Source: Macrostomum lignano (lineage: Eukaryota). From it: a stretch of 57,633 nucleotides of DNA. The position numbers were made by a program, and so were the translations under genes. Below the pieces are notes generated by a model. That model did no database searches and was not told where the DNA came from. It was given only the letters and a program-made list of their open reading frames with translations. Positions 53,590 through 57,633 of the stretch are shown piece by piece. The first letter of the stretch is position 1. Every line of letters starts with the position of its first letter. The stretch spans positions 1 through 57,633 of the forward strand of contig NIVC01004155.1 of NCBI GenBank assembly GCA_002269645.1. The letters run 5' to 3'.

Positions 53590-56500
53590 CTAAAAATCCA
53601 ATATACTAAAAATGGTCTGTCGGTATGTGTGTGTGTGTATGTGTGTGTGTGTGATTGATTTTAGCAAAAACGGCTCAACCAATTTTCTTCAAACTTGCAC
53701 TGTTCGATCAGAAATTTTCCCATGACAGTACATGCATCGTGGCTAAGAAATTGCTTGATGCTAAAGGGATTAAATATTCGAAAAACATGCTTTTTTGCAA
53801 AGGTCAAGCAGCTCTTTTGACTTGAAATGCATCGTAAGAATGCTAGCAGAAAAACTGACTGGTTGAATTCTGATTCTGAAATAGATTGCATCACAATACA
53901 CTTTATTTATCGTCTGTGTACTGGCTGAATTTGACACTCAATTGAATTGCGTCACAGCTTTGAGTGTGAAAGCATAGCGCAGTACTGAATTTATATTACG
54001 TAACCATATTGTAAACTTTCATAGACACTGGTACTGACTTGCCTAAGAAATTGATTATGTCATAACTGCTTCGTGAGACTTTTTACTCTACCTGACTTGG
54101 TGTGAGTGTTGAATTATATAAGTGGTACAACATCACTGATAACTTCGATGAGAGCTAGCCTAGAGCTGAACAGACCAGACTGCTAATGCAGCGACCTAGG
54201 TTCGAATCTAAGTAGTTTAAAAGTAGTAGTGTAAAATTTTTTATTAAAAGGTTTTATTAAAGGACTAAATAAAAACACTTAGATTACTGCACTCGATAAA
54301 CCAAGGACTATTGCTCTTGGCAAACCAAAGATTACTGCACTTGATTAATCAAGGATTATTGCTATTAATAAACCAAGGATTACGGCACTTGGAAAACCAA
54401 GGATTACTGCACTCGATAAACCAAGGACTATTGCTCTTGGCAAACCAAGGATTACTGCACTCAAGAAGCCAAGAATTATTGCACTTGGAAAACCAAGGAT
54501 TAATGCACTCGATAAACCAAGGACTATTGCTCTTGGCAAACCAAGGATTACTGCACTCAAGAAGCCAAGGATTATTGCTATTAATAAACCAAGGATTACT
54601 GCACTTGGAAAACCAAGGATTACTGCACTCGATAAACCAAGGACTATTGCTCTTGGCAAACCAAGGATTACTGCACTCAAGAAGCCAAGGATTATTGCAC
54701 TTGGAAAACCAAGGATTACTGCACTCAATAAACCAAGGACTATTGCACTTGATAGGCCAAAGATTACTGCGCTTGATAAACCAAGGATTATTGCACTTGA
54801 TAAACCAAGGATTATTGCACTTGATAAGCCAAGGATTACTGCGCTTGATAAACCAAGGATTATTGCACTTGATAAACAAAGGATTATTGCACTTGATAAA
54901 CAAAGGATTATTGCACTTGATAAACAAAGGATTATTGCACTTGATAAACCAAGGATTATTGCACTTGATAAGCCAAGGATTATTGCACTTGATAAGCCAT
55001 GGATTATTGCACTTGATAGTAAAGAATGTTGCACTTGATAAGCCAAGGATTAATGCACTGGATTATTCAAGGATTATTGATATTAATAAACCAAGGACTA
55101 CTGCACTCGATAAACCAAGGATTATTGCTCTTAATAAACCAAGGATTACTGCACTTGGAAAACTAAGGATTACTGCACTCGATAAACCAAAGACTATTGC
55201 ACTTGATAAACCAAGGATTATTGCACTTGATAGGCCAAGGATTACTGCACTTGATAAACCAAGGATTATTGCACTTGATAGGCCAAAGATTACTGCGCTT
55301 GATAAAAAGGATTATTGCACTTGATAAGCCAAGGATTATTGCACTTGATAAACCAAGGATTATTGCAGTTGATAAGCCAAGGATTATTGCATCTGATAAA
55401 CCAAAGATTATTGCACTTGATAAACCAAGGATTATTGCACTTGATAAACCAAGGATTATTGCACTTGATAGGCCAAAGATTACTGCGCTTGATAAACCAA
55501 GGATTATTGCACTTGATAAACCAAGGATTATTGCAGTTGATAAGCCAAGGATTATTGCATCTGATAAACCAAGGATTATTGCAGTTGATAAGCCAAGGAT
55601 TATTGCATCTGATAAACCAAGGATTATTGCACTTGATAAACCAAGGATTATTGCACTTGATAAACAAGGATTATTGCACTTGATAAACCAAGGATTATTG
55701 CTCTTGGCAAACCAAGGATTACTGCACTCGATAAGCCAAGGATTATTGCTCTTAATAAACCAAGGATTACTGCACTTGGAAAACTAAGGATTACTGCACT
55801 CGATAAACTAAGGATTATTGCTCTTGGCAAACCAAGGATTATTGCACTTGATAGGCCAAGGATTACTGCACTTGATAAACCAAGGATTATTGCACTTGAT
55901 AAACCAAGGATTATTGCACTTGATAAGCCAAGGATTATTGCACTTGATAGGCCAAGGATTACTGCGCTTGATAAACCAAGGACTATTGCACTTGATAAAC
56001 CAAGGATTATTGCAGTTGATAAGCCAAGGATTATTGCACTTGATAAACCAAGGATTATTGCACTTGATAAACCAAGGATTATTGCACTTGATAAACCAAG
56101 GATTATTGCACTTGATAGGCCAAGGATTACTGCACTTGATAAACCAAGGATTATTGCACTTGATAGGCCAAAGATTACTGCGCTTGATAAACCAAGGATT
56201 ATTGCAGTTGATAAGCCAAGGATTATTGCACTTGATAAACCAAGGATTATTTCACTTGATAAACCAAGGATTATTGCACTTGATAAACAAATATTGCACT
56301 TGATAAACCAAGGATTATTGCACCTGATAAGCCAAGGATTACTGCGCTAGATAAACCAAGGATTATTGCACTTGATAAACCAAGGATTATTGCACTTAAT
56401 AAACCAAGGATTATTGCACTTGATAAACCAAGGATTATTGCACTTGATAAACAAAGGATTATTGCACTTGATAAACCAAGGATTATTGCACTTTATAAGC

Positions 56501-57406
56501 CAAAGATTACTGCACTTGATAAACCAAGGATTATTGCACTTGATAAACCAAGGATTATTGCACTTGATTAATCAAGGATTATTGCTATTAATAAACCAAG
56601 GATTATTGCACTAGCTGAGAAGCTGATTACTGCGCTGTCTAAAAAAGAGATTATTGCGCTTGCTGAGACGTGGATTGTTGCACAACCTGAGAAAGCGATT
56701 ATTGCATTAGCGGAAGTAACATTTGCACTAGCTACTTGCTGTCTCGTGGATGCTTGCTCTCGAGGGGGGATACTTGCTATTTGGGAGAGGGGTACTGGCT
56801 ACATGCATGGGATTCTTTCTATCCAGGGATGCTTGCTATTCAGGGATTCTTGCTATCTGCAGGATGCTTGCTATTTAGGGATTCTTGCTATCTGCAGGAT
56901 GCTTGCTATCTGGGTGGATGCTTCTATAATATCTGGGGGTGCTTGCTATCTGCAGGATGCTTCTATAATATCTGGGGGTGCTTGATATCTGCAGAATGCT
57001 TGCTATCTGAGTGGATGCTTGCTATCTGGGTGGATGCTTCTATAATATCTGGGGGGTGCTTGCTAATCTGCAGATGCTTGCTATCTGTGGTGATTCTTGC
57101 TATGAGCATTAGAGGATGCTTGCTATCTGCGATTGTTCACTTTTGGAGAGGGTTGCTTGCTGTCTTGGGAATATTTTCTATTTAGTGAAACGATATTTTG
57201 TTGACTGTTTGTTAATTTTAGAGAAAAAGTGATTTTTTAATTTTGCAAACATCTTAGTCCGTGACAATTTTACACGAATAAGGTGATTTTTAAAATGTGA
57301 AGAAGGAATTAGTGTTTAAGAAAATGTGTTTTTTTATTGTTTTCCATGAACTATTTTTGCTCCTTTCTTATTGGGCGCCCCGAAGGGGGCCGCACTAGAT
57401 TGCTAG
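53590..57406 (+). mobile_element. Non-autonomous Helitron-like element, copy B (Lep1-like layout), with an expanded 24-bp array (54282-56640) and a ~19-bp array (56740-57130)
   Basis: 5' A|TCCAATATACTAAAAATGG, a (GT)n microsatellite, AAACGGCTCAACCAATTTTCTTCAAACTT, then a 3' hairpin GCCCCGAAGGGGGC followed by CTAGATTGCTAG|T. The 24-bp unit is AAACCAAGGATTATTGCACTTGAT, about 98 copies. Confidence 0.82.
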
Positions 57407-57633
57407 TACAAACTATATATAAAAATAAAATTAAATGCAAGAATTAAATAGTGAAGAAAATTCTTTGCTTAATAAGTTTAAGTATGCTAATAATGGCAAA
57501 AGTATATTTATTTAAAATTTGAATGCTTTTGAAATGTTTCTTTTTTCAAAAAAGATATTAGTAGTTTTTTGTAAATAGGTTTTTGGAAAATGTTTGACAA
57601 ACTTATAAATATAAAGCATTTATAAGCAACAAT

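Noticed and set aside
54311-56614. LRR-like (LHLINQGL)n ORFs, also at 27699-28634
   Set aside because: These come from the 24-bp array inside a non-autonomous Helitron and do not match LRR periodicity or have start/stop context.

Overview
Eukaryotic (animal) genomic DNA. GC-rich exons, minisatellite-packed introns and RTE/Helitron/SINE debris fit a free-living flatworm such as Macrostomum; this is an inference and cannot be verified here. Seven protein-coding genes are supported: (1) a Cad87A/CDH23-type cadherin (minus strand, one >4.5 kb exon running off the left end, absent from the ORF track), (2) a divergent HR96/NR1J-like nuclear receptor (+, 4 exons), (3) intronless PLEKHA8/FAPP2 (-), (4) intronless MND1 (-), (5) INTS11 (-, 5 exons), (6) a Na/K-ATPase beta subunit (+, 3 coding exons) and (7) an orphan 3-exon gene (+). 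Almost every intron and spacer holds its own unrelated tandem array (about 25 arrays, units 4-79 bp), and most long ORFs in the track are translations of these arrays. Mobile DNA includes two inverted copies of a non-autonomous Helitron, two CORE-type tRNA SINEs, a hAT-like MITE, a Tc1/mariner-like MITE and a decayed RTE LINE. The most striking signal is in the AT-rich transposon domains (26.5-31.9 kb, probably also 52.2-53.6 kb). There, repeats appear hypermutated C->T/G->A on both strands, not only at CpG but also at CpA (TGG->TAG, CTG->CTA, CGG->TAG), which resembles fungal RIP in an animal. Other leads are ~400-nt exon periodicity with apparently gained introns in INTS11, a textbook recursive splice site and a poison exon in INTS11 intron 2, and a possible trans-spliced INTS11-MND1-PLEKHA8 operon. 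All coordinates and counts were read by eye.
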